From positions 21,776 through 85,775 of the forward strand of contig DBFZQW010000171.1 of assembly GCA_048521445.1 (NCBI GenBank): 64,000 nucleotides of DNA. The letters run 5' to 3'. Positions 17,459-27,870 of the stretch are shown here, piece after piece. This DNA is from Collinsella sp. GTDB lineage: Bacteria; Actinomycetota; Coriobacteriia; Coriobacteriales; Coriobacteriaceae. Every line of letters starts with the position of its first letter. Positions within the stretch are counted from its first letter, which is position 1. A program made the translations under genes and the position numbers. A model generated the notes under the pieces. It was not told the origin of the DNA. It saw nothing but the letters and a program-made list of their open reading frames with translations, and did not search any database.

Positions 17459-17791
17459 ATGGCGCTCCCCTCCGCCATTTCATTCGGGATGACCGTCGAG
17501 CAGTACTGGGACGGCGACCCTTGGCTGTACGCCGCTTTCAGGGAGTCCCAGAGGCAGCGCGACGAGCGAGGGGAGTGGGAGCGCTGGCAGATGGGACTCT
17601 ACGTCTACAACTCCATCGCCTCGCTGGTCCCGGCGCTCAACCCGTTCGTCAAGAATGCCGACCCCGAGCCTTACCCGGAGGAGCCTTACGGCATCACGTC
17701 GTCTAGGACTCCCGAGGAGACTGCGGCGCACGAGGAGAAGGCAGCGCACGAGAAAATGGCTTTATGGCTCATGGGACATGGGCCTGCCTGA
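17459..17791 (+). CDS. Second tail assembly chaperone (T-like; possibly made by -1 frameshift)
   Basis: GMTVEQYWDGD...WQMGLYVY...YPEEP; in the -1 frame relative to the upstream gene and open back into it. Confidence 0.7.
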   Translation: MALPSAISFGMTVEQYWDGDPWLYAAFRESQRQRDERGEWERWQMGLYVYNSIASLVPALNPFVKNADPEPYPEEPYGITSSRTPEETAAHEEKAAHEKMALWLMGHGPA

Positions 17792-17832
17792 TGTAAGCAC
17801 GGCGGGATTGCGCCCCCAGAAATGGGGTAGCC

Positions 17833-20800
17833 GTGGCAGAAGCCAGCATCGACCAGCTGCGAATCTCTATCGAGACCAAGGCGGATAACGCCCGCAGCGC
17901 CGTCAGAGGCCTAGCCGATGACGTAAAAGAACTCAAGACGGGCACTCGCGGCGTCGGCACGTCGCTGTCCAAGGTCGCGGACGGCATCGGCAAGCTATCG
18001 TCCGCCCGCGTGGACAGCAAGAACATCGCCGCAGTGGTGGACGCCGTCCGACAGCTGCAGGGAATCAAGATTTCGTCCACCGTGGCGAAGAACGTCTCCG
18101 CTATCGCGTCGGCCGCGTCCCAGATGAACAGCTCCGCCCAGGTGCGCGAGACGGTCAACTCCGTCCGCTCGCTTAGCGGACTCAAGCTGTCCTCCAGCAT
18201 CGCCAACCAAATCAGGAAAATCGTCGCCTCGGTCGCGGAGATGAACCAGGTCAGCTTCGACGCGACAAAGTTCCACAGCCTGTACACCTCGCTCGCGGAG
18301 CTGAGCGCCCTGCCGAGGTCTAACCTGGGAACCACCGTCAACGCGCTCAAGAAGCTCCCCGAGCTTGCCGCGTCGCTCGACAAGATGGACATGACGTCCT
18401 TCCGCGCCGCCTGCGATGCGATCAACGACTCTCTGGGCAAGCTCCCTGAGAAGTTCGCAAGCGTCGCGTCCGGTTTCAGGACGATAAAGAGCGCGTCCAA
18501 GAGCTTCGGCGCGAGCACGGCCAGCGGCACCAAGCAGGCCGAGTCCTCTCTTGACAGCTTCATCTCCAAGCTGCGAACCTCGGCATCGGTCATCCGCGCC
18601 GTGGCGACCGTCGCGTCGACCTTCTACAAGGTCGGGCAGGGCATCGCCTACTGCGTCGACCAGTCCAACCGCTACATCGAGAATATCAACCTCGCCGACA
18701 CCTCGCTCGGCCAGTACGCCGCCACCGCGCACGAGTACGCGGACGCGGTGAAGGCCGCGCTCGGCATCAACTCGGGCGAGTTCCTGAAAAACCAGGGCAC
18801 CTTCATGACGATGGCGCAGGGCATGGGCGTCGCGGCCAACAACGCGTACACCATGTCCAAGGGACTCACGCAGCTGTCCTACGACCTCGCGTCCTTCTTC
18901 AACATCACGAACGACGAGGCGTTCGAGAAGGTCCGCTCCGGTCTCGCCGGAGAGATTGAGCCGCTGCGAGCGCTGGGCTACGACCTGACCACGGCACGCC
19001 TCCAGCAGGAGGCCTACAACATGGGCCTCAACGAGCAGGTGTCGAACATGACGCAGGCCGAGAAGGCCATGCTCCGCTACAAGGCGATAATGTCGCAGGT
19101 CAGCTGGGCGCACGGCGACCTAGCCAAGACCATCTCGTCTCCCGCCAACCAAATCCGAGCCCTCAAGAGCCAGATGCAGACCGCCGCTCAGGCGATCGGC
19201 AACGTGTTCCTGCCGATGCTGCAGGCCATCATCCCGGTGGCAGTCGCGGTCGTCAAGGCGGTTGCCACGCTCGCAAACCTGCTCGCCAAGGTGACTGGCG
19301 GCACCGCCATCGCCAACATGGGCTTCGGCGACGGCGGCGCCTACGAGGGCACGGCCGCCGCAGCGGATGACGCCGCAGACGCCATCGGCAACGCCGGTAA
19401 CGCCGCAGGAGGCGCTGGCAACAAGGCCGGGAAGGCCGCAAAGCAGGTCGAGGAACTTAAGCGCCAGCTCATGGGCTTCGACGAAATCAACAAGTTCAAC
19501 GAGACCTCAAGCGGCTCCGGCACTGGTGGTTCCGGTGGCGGCGGTGGCGGCGGCGCGGGCGGTGGCGGCGCACCGAACATCTCCGACATCAAACTCGATG
19601 ACTACGACTGGGCGCTCGGCGACGGCCTGAGCGACAAGCTGTACGACGAGATAATGGACATGCTGAACCGCATCGGAAAGGCGTTCCAGCCGCTCGTCGA
19701 CGACTTCAAGGTCCTCGCAAAGGCCATCCAGCACCAGTTCGACGGACTCGACATCGTCGGCGCCGTCAAGAACGAGATTGCTGGCGTGGCGAACCTTATC
19801 AGCAACACGGTTCGACAGATTGTCGAAATCATGGGGCCGCTCGCCGTCGCGTTTAACTTCCCCGAGACGATCGCGCTGTCGTTCGACCTCGCGGCCCAGA
19901 TGTGCCTGACGCTCTCCGCCGCGATAAACGGCGTCGGCACCATGATTAAGGGATTCACTGACACGGCGATAATCCAGCTGGTCGCATGGATTGGCGACAA
20001 GCTGCGCGGGGCCATCTACCTGTGCATCGACGAGCTGCAGAGCTGGCAGGACTGGTTCATGCGCAACGTCGACGCCCTCGGTCAGATCGGTCAGGCCGCA
20101 GGCATCGGCGCCTCGCTCGTGCTCCGACTCGCCGAGGCGTTCGCGGACGGAGCGTTCGCCGTCGCCGCCGGAGCGTTCCGCGCAATCAACACCGTCCTGC
20201 AGGTGATGCTGGAGCTTCTGGTCAACAGCGAACCCGCTCGCGTCGCAGCGACGATGCTCGGTGCCGCGCTCACGGCCCTTGCTATCACAAACGGAATCGC
20301 CAAAGGCCTACAGGGAATCGGCAACGCTTTCACCGTCATGGCCGGAATCATCAGCGTCAAGTCAACCGAGTCCTCCGGCAAGGTCAAGCTACTCTCGACC
20401 GACCTCAAGTCTAACCTCAAGAACGCCGCTGGCGACGCCAAGGCTGGCATGCAGCTGCTCGGAGAAGCCCTTGGAATCACTAAGGTCAAGACTGAACTCG
20501 CTGCAAAGGCGACCGAGCGCGCAAAGACCGTGACGGCAGACGCCGCAGATGCGCTCGCCAACGAGCGAACCAAGCTGAACGAGGCCCGTTCCGCTCTCGG
20601 TGAGAATGCGACATACGCCGAGAAACTTGGCGTCAAGACTCAGGCGATGCGCGTAAAGACTGCCGAGAGCAACCTTGCCTTGGAGCAGTCCAAGGACAAG
20701 CTGAACTCCGCCAAGCTGGCCGCTATGGACTACGCGGCAAGTCAGGACAAGACCGTCGCGGGCGCTGGCAAGATGGCCGCCGCCGAACTCAAGGCTGGCG

Positions 20801-22917
20801 CCGAGGTTGCCGCAAACACGGCCAAGCTAGGCGCGAGCACCGTCGCAACTGGAGCGATGACTGTCGCTGAGACCGCCATGACTGTTGCAAAGACGGCTGG
20901 AGCCGCCGCGCAGAGCCTGCTGAACGCCGCCATCTCCGCGTTCCCCGGAATGGTGTTCATGGCTGCGCTTAGCGGCATCCTGACGTTGCTCCAGCCCATC
21001 ATCGACGGCATCGGAAACGCCGTGCTCGGTTTCCTCGGCCTGAACGACGCCACCGGGCAGGCCACCGACTCCACCAAGCAGGCCAACGAGGTCCTGTCCG
21101 AGGAGGAGCAGCAGGTCAAAAACAACGTCGAGTCCATCAAGCAGTACGAGCAGTCCCACGACAACCTGAAAGACGCTCTGGCTATGGCGGGCTTCTCCGA
21201 GCAGGAGTTCGCGCAGCACCTCGCGGAAACGGGGCAGTCGTTCGATAACGTCGCGCAGCAGATTGACAGCTTCTCGCAGAAGACCATCAACAGCTTCGAC
21301 GCGATCGAGACCGGTTCGAGCATGTCGCTTGAGACGGTCAACAACAACCTCGCCAACAACCTCGCCGTGCAGCAGCAGTGGTCCGACAACCTGATTCAGC
21401 TGTGCTCTATCACTGGCTGGAGCATGAACAGCTCTATGGTTCAGGCGCTTCGCGACGCTGGACCCGAGAAGATGGCGACGGCACTGCAGGAGGTCGTCAA
21501 CAACCCGACCAGCGCGCAGTCACAGCAGTTCATCCAGCAGCTCCAGGACGCCGCGAACTCCGGTACCGATTCGTTCGCCAACGCACTCGGCGCCGGTTCA
21601 ACCAAGTCCAGCGCGGCTGGCAAGAAGAACGCCAAGGGCGCCACTGACGGCGTTAAATCCGAGAAGGAGAACACCAAGTCCGAGGCCAAGAAAACGTCCG
21701 AGGAGACTGCCCAGGAGTTCGCGTCCGCCAAGAAGCAGGCCAAGACCAGCGGCGAGACGATGGTGAACAACTTCGCCAACGGCATCAACGCTGGAGCGGC
21801 TAACGTAAAGTCCAAGGCGCAGGGCGTGCGCGACAAGGCCGTCACGGGCTTCAACGGCGGCACGGGCTACACCAAGGCGAAGTCCGCAGGCAAGAACATG
21901 TCCGGCGGCTACGGCGACGGCATCAGCGCCGGGGCAGAGTCCGCAGCAAGCGCGGCACGCGGCGTGAGCAGCAGGGTCGTGTCCGCTTTCCGATCCAGCA
22001 CTGGAACTGCCCATAGCGCAGGAACCGCCGTCATGAACAGCTACAGGAGCGGCCTGTCGAACGCCGCCAGCGGCGCGGTGTCGGCTGCGTCCAGCGCATC
22101 CAACAGGGCGGCGAACGCTTTCCGCAACGGCAGCGGTACGGCCAGCAACTCGGGCAGGGCGCTCGGCAACAGCTTCAAGAATGGACTTCGCGGCGTGAAC
22201 GCAAGCTCGGCCGCGCATTCCGTCGCGGCATCCGGCGAGAGCGGTCTGCGCGACTACCGAGGATGGTACGAGAACGCCGGTCGATATGTCGGCTACGGAT
22301 TCGACGACGGCCTGTGGAGCACACGCTGGACCATCTACAACACCGCAGAGGTCATTGCGACCAACGCGGCTAACAGGATGCGCCGTGCGCTGCGAATCCA
22401 CTCGCCGTCCCGAGTCACGATGGAAATCGGCGGCTACTTCGGCGAGGGCTTCGCAATCGGCATCTCCGACAGCGCCAAGACGGTGTCCGACGCCGTCACC
22501 GACATGACCGCCCAGTCGCTCGACGCCACGAAGGAGGCCGCGAAGTTCGGCGAGAACGTCGGCAAGGCCTACGGCAACGCGATCGGCGACGGCTTCGACG
22601 GCTCCAAGGTGGCGTCCATGCTGGAGAACTCCGAGAACCTTGCTCGCTCCACCTCGGCGTCCACGTTCGACGGTTCGTCCAGCCGATACACCTCGCACGA
22701 GGGTTTCCCGACCTCATTCGAGACTGAGACTGCGGTAAGCGCCATGACCAAGGCCATGGTGCAGTCCGCGATGACCACCGGGCAGCTCGGCGGCCAGCAG
22801 GCAAACGTCGGTGGAGACACCGCTATCGTCCTGCGGGTCGGCAACGAGGACCTTGCCCGCGCGGTCGTCAAGGGTAACGAAAGCCTCGCGCGTCGAGGCG
22901 TGGTGAGTTTGGAGTAG
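17833..22917 (+). CDS. Tail tape measure protein
   Basis: 1694 aa, Ala-rich helical, LMGFDEINK and IHSPSRV motifs. Confidence 0.95.
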   Translation: MAEASIDQLRISIETKADNARSAVRGLADDVKELKTGTRGVGTSLSKVADGIGKLSSARVDSKNIAAVVDAVRQLQGIKISSTVAKNVSAIASAASQMNSSAQVRETVNSVRSLSGLKLSSSIANQIRKIVASVAEMNQVSFDATKFHSLYTSLAELSALPRSNLGTTVNALKKLPELAASLDKMDMTSFRAACDAINDSLGKLPEKFASVASGFRTIKSASKSFGASTASGTKQAESSLDSFISKLRTSASVIRAVATVASTFYKVGQGIAYCVDQSNRYIENINLADTSLGQYAATAHEYADAVKAALGINSGEFLKNQGTFMTMAQGMGVAANNAYTMSKGLTQLSYDLASFFNITNDEAFEKVRSGLAGEIEPLRALGYDLTTARLQQEAYNMGLNEQVSNMTQAEKAMLRYKAIMSQVSWAHGDLAKTISSPANQIRALKSQMQTAAQAIGNVFLPMLQAIIPVAVAVVKAVATLANLLAKVTGGTAIANMGFGDGGAYEGTAAAADDAADAIGNAGNAAGGAGNKAGKAAKQVEELKRQLMGFDEINKFNETSSGSGTGGSGGGGGGGAGGGGAPNISDIKLDDYDWALGDGLSDKLYDEIMDMLNRIGKAFQPLVDDFKVLAKAIQHQFDGLDIVGAVKNEIAGVANLISNTVRQIVEIMGPLAVAFNFPETIALSFDLAAQMCLTLSAAINGVGTMIKGFTDTAIIQLVAWIGDKLRGAIYLCIDELQSWQDWFMRNVDALGQIGQAAGIGASLVLRLAEAFADGAFAVAAGAFRAINTVLQVMLELLVNSEPARVAATMLGAALTALAITNGIAKGLQGIGNAFTVMAGIISVKSTESSGKVKLLSTDLKSNLKNAAGDAKAGMQLLGEALGITKVKTELAAKATERAKTVTADAADALANERTKLNEARSALGENATYAEKLGVKTQAMRVKTAESNLALEQSKDKLNSAKLAAMDYAASQDKTVAGAGKMAAAELKAGAEVAANTAKLGASTVATGAMTVAETAMTVAKTAGAAAQSLLNAAISAFPGMVFMAALSGILTLLQPIIDGIGNAVLGFLGLNDATGQATDSTKQANEVLSEEEQQVKNNVESIKQYEQSHDNLKDALAMAGFSEQEFAQHLAETGQSFDNVAQQIDSFSQKTINSFDAIETGSSMSLETVNNNLANNLAVQQQWSDNLIQLCSITGWSMNSSMVQALRDAGPEKMATALQEVVNNPTSAQSQQFIQQLQDAANSGTDSFANALGAGSTKSSAAGKKNAKGATDGVKSEKENTKSEAKKTSEETAQEFASAKKQAKTSGETMVNNFANGINAGAANVKSKAQGVRDKAVTGFNGGTGYTKAKSAGKNMSGGYGDGISAGAESAASAARGVSSRVVSAFRSSTGTAHSAGTAVMNSYRSGLSNAASGAVSAASSASNRAANAFRNGSGTASNSGRALGNSFKNGLRGVNASSAAHSVAASGESGLRDYRGWYENAGRYVGYGFDDGLWSTRWTIYNTAEVIATNAANRMRRALRIHSPSRVTMEIGGYFGEGFAIGISDSAKTVSDAVTDMTAQSLDATKEAAKFGENVGKAYGNAIGDGFDGSKVASMLENSENLARSTSASTFDGSSSRYTSHEGFPTSFETETAVSAMTKAMVQSAMTTGQLGGQQANVGGDTAIVLRVGNEDLARAVVKGNESLARRGVVSLE

Positions 22918-22921
22918 CCAC

Positions 22922-23302
22922 TTGGCAATCCTGAGCATCGGGGCGAGCGCCGACGGCGTGCGCCCCGTCTCGCCCGACCCGTCCTCGCTCGAATGGGGCC
23001 TGCAGGACGTGTCCGGCTCCGATGCGGGACGAGTCATGGACTCGACCGCGACCATGTACAAGCAGCGCCTCTGCCAGAAGCGCAAGCTCAAGTGCACCTG
23101 GGCGCAGCCGACTGCCGCCCAAGTTGCTGCAATCCTGCAGGCCGTCAACCCCGAGTACATCTACGTCCGCTACTGGGACGCGATGGACGGCTGCATGGAG
23201 ACGCGCTGCTTCTACGTCGGCGACCGCTCCGCCCCGCTCCAGTACGTCTGGGTCAGCGGAACCCGATACAAGACACTCAGCTTCGATTTGATCGAGAGGT
23301 AG
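22922..23302 (+). CDS. Distal tail protein-like
   Basis: Follows tape measure; FYVGDRSAP...LSFDLIER motif. Confidence 0.7.
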   Translation: MAILSIGASADGVRPVSPDPSSLEWGLQDVSGSDAGRVMDSTATMYKQRLCQKRKLKCTWAQPTAAQVAAILQAVNPEYIYVRYWDAMDGCMETRCFYVGDRSAPLQYVWVSGTRYKTLSFDLIER

Positions 23303-23305
23303 CCC

Positions 23306-26300
23306 ATGCTCAGCATCAGCAGCGAGTACGAGCTGTCCCTTAACGAGAACTCGAACCAGCTTATCAAGGCGAAAATCACCTTCGCCGACAATACCGTTCG
23401 CCAGCTGACTGGCGACGACATCGTCTCCTGCGATTTCGACCAGCAGGTGTCCTCGGACAGCTCGTTCGACATCGGCACGGCGATTATCGGACAGATGACC
23501 ATCACGCTCAACAACCACGACGGCAGGTTCGACGCCTGCGACTTCACCAAGGCGCAGTTCGTCGTCTGGGTCGGCAAGCAGCTGTCCAAGGGCACTGAGT
23601 GGATTCAGCGCGGCGTTTACACCGCCAACCAGCCAGACTCCTACAACGGAACCATCGCCATCTCCGCTCTCGACAACATGTCCAAGTTCGAGAAACCGTT
23701 CAGGACGTTTCTCGCGTCCGTCGGCGCATTGCAGGGTGCTAACGCATCCGTCCGCACGCTCCTGACCGACATGTGCAGGCACTGCGGAGTCACTTGGGCC
23801 GATGGCGGGGACAAGGCGTTCGACACAAAGTTCGAGTACGGCTACGTCGACAGCAACGCTACGTGCAGGCAGGCTCTGGCGTACGCATGTCAGGCGCTCT
23901 GCGTAAACGCCTCCATCACCAACGACGGCAGGCTCAGGACGGTCTGGTACGACTCCGCTCCGTTCGAGGCGGAGTCCGACTTGGACGGCGGCCAGTTCGA
24001 CTCTGCCAAGCCCTACGCAACGGGAGCGTCCAAGGACGGCGGCAACTTCACCGACTACTCAAGCGGCGCGTCCGCAGACGGCGGCACGTTCTTCACCAAC
24101 AGGAACGTCCACAGGCTCTATGCCTTTAGCAACATCACGGTCAACACGGATGATGTCGTAATCACCGGGGTACGCGTGACCGAGCGCAGCGTCACGGTCG
24201 GCAGCAAGACGACCAACGGCGGCACCTACACGGTCGGAACCGAGGGCTACGTGCTCGACGTGAGCAACAACCCTCTGATCATCCCAGGCACTGGCAAGTC
24301 CGTCGCAGACCGCATCGGTGCCAAGGTCATCGGTCTTAGGTTCAGGCCGTTCAGCGGCAAACACATCTGCGTCCCGAGCCTGGAGGCGGGGGACTGCGCC
24401 TACCTCATCGACCGCAAGCAGAATGTCTACAAGACCTACGTGACTCGCGTGAAGTACTCCGTGAACGGCGGCATGACCGTCTCGTGCGGCGCCAAGAGCG
24501 CGAGCAGGAACAGCGCGGACAACGCGGGCGCGAGCACGTCCGCAGTGGTCAAGGCACGCAACGAGCTGCATCAGGAACTCGGCATCAGGGACGAGACGAT
24601 AAAGAACCTCGGCGAGACGCTTGCCAACGCTAGCGGACTCTACCACACCGAGGCGAAGCAGCCCGACGGCTCCACCGTGTACTACCTGCACGACAAGCCG
24701 ACGACCGGGCAGTCGAAGATTATCTACAAGGTGACCGCGAGCGGAATCGGCATCTCGACCGATGCCGGAAAGACCTACGCAACGGGACTCAGCGCGGACG
24801 GCAACGCGGTGCTAAACCGCATCTACGCGATCGGCATCAACGCGGACTACCTGACCACTGGCCGAATCAGCTCGAAGAATGGAAACAGCTTCATCGACCT
24901 GGACACCGAAGAGGCCAACCTTAAGCTTGGGAATAAATCGACCGTCGGCGGCAAGGTCATCGCCACCACGGATGTGGCCGCGTCAAAGACGGTGACGAAG
25001 TACGCCACGTCTACCAGCAACACGACCGCGCCGACAAGCGGCTGGCAGGACTCCTGCCCTCCGCGCAAGGCAGGCAGCTACATCTGGTTCAAAATCATCA
25101 CCGTCATGCAGAGTGGCGCGCAGATTGAGTCCATGCCGTCATGCATCAGCGGAGCAGACGGCAAGGACGGAGCAGCTGGCTCCCGAGGCCCTGCTGGCCC
25201 GGCTGGAGTCAACGGCACCAACGGCAAGGACGGTCGCGGTATCAAGTCGTCCATCCCAGAGTACTACCTGAGCACCACCCCGAGCGCCGTGACTGGCGGC
25301 TCATGGTCGACATCTGTCCCTGCTTGGTCCAGCGGGAAGTACTACTGGCAGCGACTTCACATCACGTGGAGCGACGGCGGCACATCGTATACCGACCCCG
25401 TGTTCAACTCTGCTCTGACATCGGCGAACCAAAACGCCAAGACTGCGGTTGACACGGTCAACGGACTAGACCAGAAAAAGGTTTTCAACCTGCTGACCGA
25501 CAACGGCAGAATCAAGGGACTGTTCACGCAGGACGGCCAGCTGTTCGTCAACGCAGACTACATCGGCAGCGGCTCAATCGACGCAAAGCGGGTCGCTATC
25601 AGGAACCTGCTTAGCATCGGAGACGACACCAACTCCGTGAGCGTGTCATCTTCCGGCATCTCCTTCATGTCCGGTGGCGTAAAGGACGCGCTGACCATCA
25701 AGCCAAAGAGCTACAAGATGGTCACGGTCTCAAAGAGCGGCTACAACGGCAGTCCGATTTGGGAGGCCACTGGAGTCGCATCAGACACGAAGACATATGG
25801 ATTCGATTGCACCGAGAAGGCTCAGGCATTCACTTATGCTGGAAAGACGCGAGTGTCAATCGGCGTCAGGGTCGATTTCTACGCCAACGGGTACAGGCAC
25901 ATTCTCGGTGGCAGGTACGACCCTCTTGAGTATGAGATCGACACAAGTAAGGACACGCAGTCCTTTACGGTTCAGTCGCAGCCGTTCATCGTCGCATTCA
26001 CGCTAAAGAAGAGCAGCGAAGCGGGGAGTAACGGACTTCCGTGCTACACCATATCGGTCAGTCTCGTTCTTATCGCAAATGGAGTTCATGTCTGCATCAA
26101 CGGCATCGACGTTTTCTACTCGTCTCCCGGTTACGGCGGCGAGATTTCCCAGAAGAGCACGGGTGCGTTCCTGAACAGGGAGAACTTCGTCAAGGAAGTC
26201 ACTGACAGCTTTCCGCTCACGTGTCAGGTGCGCATCCCAATCGCGATGAACAACGCCATCAGGGACTACGTCTTGACATTCGAGAAGGGGCTGCTCGTCG

Positions 26301-26347
26301 GATGGGACTACTACACACCAGCGGACTCGCAGTATAAGGGGTACTAA
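23306..26347 (+). CDS. Tail tip / host-specificity protein with short collagen-like repeat
   Basis: 1013 aa; GINADYLTTG motif; GADGKDGAAGSRGPAGPAGVNGTNGKDG; repeated Y..STS...P.GGW modules. Confidence 0.85.
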   Translation: MLSISSEYELSLNENSNQLIKAKITFADNTVRQLTGDDIVSCDFDQQVSSDSSFDIGTAIIGQMTITLNNHDGRFDACDFTKAQFVVWVGKQLSKGTEWIQRGVYTANQPDSYNGTIAISALDNMSKFEKPFRTFLASVGALQGANASVRTLLTDMCRHCGVTWADGGDKAFDTKFEYGYVDSNATCRQALAYACQALCVNASITNDGRLRTVWYDSAPFEAESDLDGGQFDSAKPYATGASKDGGNFTDYSSGASADGGTFFTNRNVHRLYAFSNITVNTDDVVITGVRVTERSVTVGSKTTNGGTYTVGTEGYVLDVSNNPLIIPGTGKSVADRIGAKVIGLRFRPFSGKHICVPSLEAGDCAYLIDRKQNVYKTYVTRVKYSVNGGMTVSCGAKSASRNSADNAGASTSAVVKARNELHQELGIRDETIKNLGETLANASGLYHTEAKQPDGSTVYYLHDKPTTGQSKIIYKVTASGIGISTDAGKTYATGLSADGNAVLNRIYAIGINADYLTTGRISSKNGNSFIDLDTEEANLKLGNKSTVGGKVIATTDVAASKTVTKYATSTSNTTAPTSGWQDSCPPRKAGSYIWFKIITVMQSGAQIESMPSCISGADGKDGAAGSRGPAGPAGVNGTNGKDGRGIKSSIPEYYLSTTPSAVTGGSWSTSVPAWSSGKYYWQRLHITWSDGGTSYTDPVFNSALTSANQNAKTAVDTVNGLDQKKVFNLLTDNGRIKGLFTQDGQLFVNADYIGSGSIDAKRVAIRNLLSIGDDTNSVSVSSSGISFMSGGVKDALTIKPKSYKMVTVSKSGYNGSPIWEATGVASDTKTYGFDCTEKAQAFTYAGKTRVSIGVRVDFYANGYRHILGGRYDPLEYEIDTSKDTQSFTVQSQPFIVAFTLKKSSEAGSNGLPCYTISVSLVLIANGVHVCINGIDVFYSSPGYGGEISQKSTGAFLNRENFVKEVTDSFPLTCQVRIPIAMNNAIRDYVLTFEKGLLVGWDYYTPADSQYKGY

Positions 26348-26878
26348 ATGGCAATCCAGATGCGCCGTGGCGCATACGTGAACTTCAACCCGGTAAAGCT
26401 GATGCCCGGCGAGTGGGCGGTCGTTGTATCGGGAGACTCCAACGCCGAGGACGGCAAGGCCGCATACATCTGCTTCGCGGCTGGAGACGTTAAGCGCGTT
26501 GCCACCTACGAGGACATGGTCGACAACGTCCACAATGCCGTCGACCAGAACAACGGCGCGATCATCAAGGAAATCACCGACGCGGCGAACAGGGCATCTC
26601 AGCAGGCGTCCGGCGCGGCGTCACGTGCCGACGCTGCGGCAAACCAAGCCCTCCAAATTGCAAACTCGGTCGCGCTGGGCAGCGCTGGCAGCTCCGATAT
26701 GGCCGCGCTCAAGCAGCAGAACGCCCAGCTGTTCCAGCGGCTCGCCAATCTCAGCGGCGAGTTTATATATTCGGACGGTACGGTCTACTGCCCATCGTCC
26801 AAGGCAAAGGCATCGGGTGACACCATCACGTTCGCCTCGTCGTGCACGGCATCCGGCGCCACACTGACACTCGCATAG
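26348..26878 (+). CDS. Tail fibre-associated protein
   Basis: MAIQMRRG...LMPGEWAV N-terminus typical of tail fibre anchors, followed by coiled coil. Confidence 0.65.
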   Translation: MAIQMRRGAYVNFNPVKLMPGEWAVVVSGDSNAEDGKAAYICFAAGDVKRVATYEDMVDNVHNAVDQNNGAIIKEITDAANRASQQASGAASRADAAANQALQIANSVALGSAGSSDMAALKQQNAQLFQRLANLSGEFIYSDGTVYCPSSKAKASGDTITFASSCTASGATLTLA

Positions 26879-26890
26879 AAAGGAATACAT

Positions 26891-27799
26891 ATGGCACAGG
26901 CAAAGGTCCTGTCGGTTGGTGGAGTCCCGTATGAGATGGTCGACCCGACATCGCGTAACAACTCGCAGATGGCTCTCAACAACGCCGAGTACAACCGACA
27001 GTGTCTGATCGGAAAGTACGGCGGGCAGAGCATCGCAACGCTTCTCGCTGGCGAGATCGGTAGCGGCACGGTCTACGACGCGCTGCACAAGCGCATCGTG
27101 GCGAACAACTTCGCTGGCCTGCGCGTGGGCGACTACCTCGACGTTCCTCTCGTCTCCGCGTCCGGCGTGGCTGGCCAGCAGTCCGTGCGATTCGTCATCG
27201 CGCATATCGACCCGTACCTGTGGTGCGACGACCGCAGCAAGGGGCACCACATCGCGTTCGTGGCCTCGGCGCCCATCGCCGTCGGCTCGTCCTACAGCGG
27301 AGTTGCCAACTCCTCGTACATCCCGTGGAACAAGACGAACACCAACCAGGGTACGGCAGACGTCAAGAACCCGTACATGTGCTCGCAGCTCAAGGGCTGG
27401 GAGAAGGCCTTCGAGGCGTGCCTGCCCGAAGGCCTGACCAAGTACATCCTCACGCAGCGCGTGCTGCTTGAGGAGCGCTACAGCGCATCCGGTGCGCTCA
27501 CCGACTCCAACAACTGGAGCTGGCAGGACATCGGCAAGGTGTGGTCGCTCTCCGAGATGGAGGTCTACGGCTGCCCGGTCTGGGGCACGCGCGGCTATTC
27601 CGTCGGCTTCGACTGCCAGTTCGACCTGTTCAGGGACACGGCGCACCGACTCAACGGTAGCCGCTGCAACTGGTGGCTCCGTTCCGTCGGTGGTGGCTCG
27701 TCTGCGGTCGTTTGCTGCGTCGGCTACTACGGCCGCGCCTACTACATCGGTGCCGCGAGCGGCTGGGTTCGCCCGCTCGTGGGCTTCCTCCTAGGGTAG
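26891..27799 (+). CDS. DGR target protein; putative receptor-binding protein with C-terminal C-type-lectin-like variable domain
   Basis: WSLSEMEVYG, WWLRS and VRP motifs; 3' end contains the VR matching the TR. Confidence 0.9.
   Translation: MAQAKVLSVGGVPYEMVDPTSRNNSQMALNNAEYNRQCLIGKYGGQSIATLLAGEIGSGTVYDALHKRIVANNFAGLRVGDYLDVPLVSASGVAGQQSVRFVIAHIDPYLWCDDRSKGHHIAFVASAPIAVGSSYSGVANSSYIPWNKTNTNQGTADVKNPYMCSQLKGWEKAFEACLPEGLTKYILTQRVLLEERYSASGALTDSNNWSWQDIGKVWSLSEMEVYGCPVWGTRGYSVGFDCQFDLFRDTAHRLNGSRCNWWLRSVGGGSSAVVCCVGYYGRAYYIGAASGWVRPLVGFLLG
27658..27776 (+). repeat. DGR variable repeat (VR)
   Basis: 101/119 identical to 28317-28435; all 18 mismatches are opposite TR adenines. Confidence 0.97.
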
Positions 27800-27828
27800 C
27801 GTAGCGGACCGTACCGAACACTCACCTT

Positions 27829-27851
27829 GGCGCACGCCTTGCGCGTGCGCC
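27829..27851. promoter_or_regulatory. DGR target-recognition hairpin downstream of VR/IMH
   Basis: GGCGCACGC-CTTGC-GCGTGCGCC, 9-bp GC-rich stem about 30 nt after the target stop; absent after TR. Confidence 0.75.
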
Positions 27852-27870
27852 TTGAGAAAGGAGGACCGCC

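Noticed and set aside
17797..17830. Fourth GCACG late-promoter copy before the tape measure gene
   Set aside because: The hexamer 20 nt downstream is ATGGGG, which does not fit nAnnnT.
19510..19572. GGC/GGT repeats in the tape measure gene
   Set aside because: They simply encode a glycine-rich linker common in this protein family.
23306..26878. Second DGR target in other tail genes
   Set aside because: I found no further copy of the TR core (TGGTGGCTCCGTTCC) by eye; targets outside the window cannot be excluded.
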